DNA of 64,000 nt from the NCBI GenBank assembly GCA_041178345.1, contig JBEGVQ010000109.1, positions 11,074 to 75,073 of the forward strand, given 5' to 3'. Made by a program: the position numbers and the translations under genes. Positions 63,895-64,000 of this stretch are shown here, one piece after another; the stretch's first letter is position 1; every line of letters begins with the position of its first letter. The notes under the pieces were generated by a model that was given only the letters and a program-made list of their open reading frames with translations, had not been told where the DNA came from and did no database searches. Origin of the DNA: Acidobacteriota bacterium (GTDB lineage Bacteria; Acidobacteriota; Vicinamibacteria; Vicinamibacterales; UBA2999).

Positions 63895-64000
63895 GAACGG
63901 TCGTTGGTGCGGCGATTTCTCCGACTTGGTGGGCCGCACTAGTGAGCTTGGTCGCGCGTCCGGCGCGACGTCTCAAGCTCCGCTGCGCTTCGGCGCGGCG

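Overview
This is a very GC-rich, gene-dense bacterial chromosomal segment. Gene content suggests an Acidobacteriota-like diderm: several CarboxypepD_reg-type TonB-dependent receptors, a DUF1800/DUF1501 pair, and many secreted proteins with AQA/AAQ signal peptidase sites. That taxonomic guess is inference only. I support about 45 protein genes. They include two sensor kinases (one paired with an OmpR-type regulator), unlinked topoisomerase IV-like parE and parC, and addAB. There are also two TonB-dependent receptors, transporters (MATE, APC), assorted oxidoreductases and hydrolases, and several conserved-unknown families. By eye I found no rRNA, tRNA, CRISPR array, transposase, integrase or phage genes, so this does not look like a mobile or defence island. 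The many long antisense ORFs in the track are GC artefacts. Five things seem most worth a second look. (1) One uninterrupted 2207-codon ORF fuses a TamB/AsmA-like inner-membrane-anchored, periplasm-spanning protein to a POTRA plus Omp85 beta-barrel. (2) A secreted Bcp/PrxQ-type peroxiredoxin has its peroxidatic Cys codon replaced by an in-frame TGA, followed by a SECIS-like hairpin, making it a candidate selenoprotein. (3) A lone PduA-like BMC-H shell gene sits behind a D-threonine-aldolase-family gene. (4) A perfect heptanucleotide tandem repeat (TCGGGAG x4 plus one degenerate unit) lies inside a histidine kinase ATPase domain, with a two-unit copy in front of a mini-ORF elsewhere. (5) A GcvT-like aminomethyltransferase lies divergent from two translationally coupled CrtI-family flavoproteins, with palindromes between them. 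All calls rest on motif recognition from the translated ORFs and visual inspection. No searches or folding programs were run.
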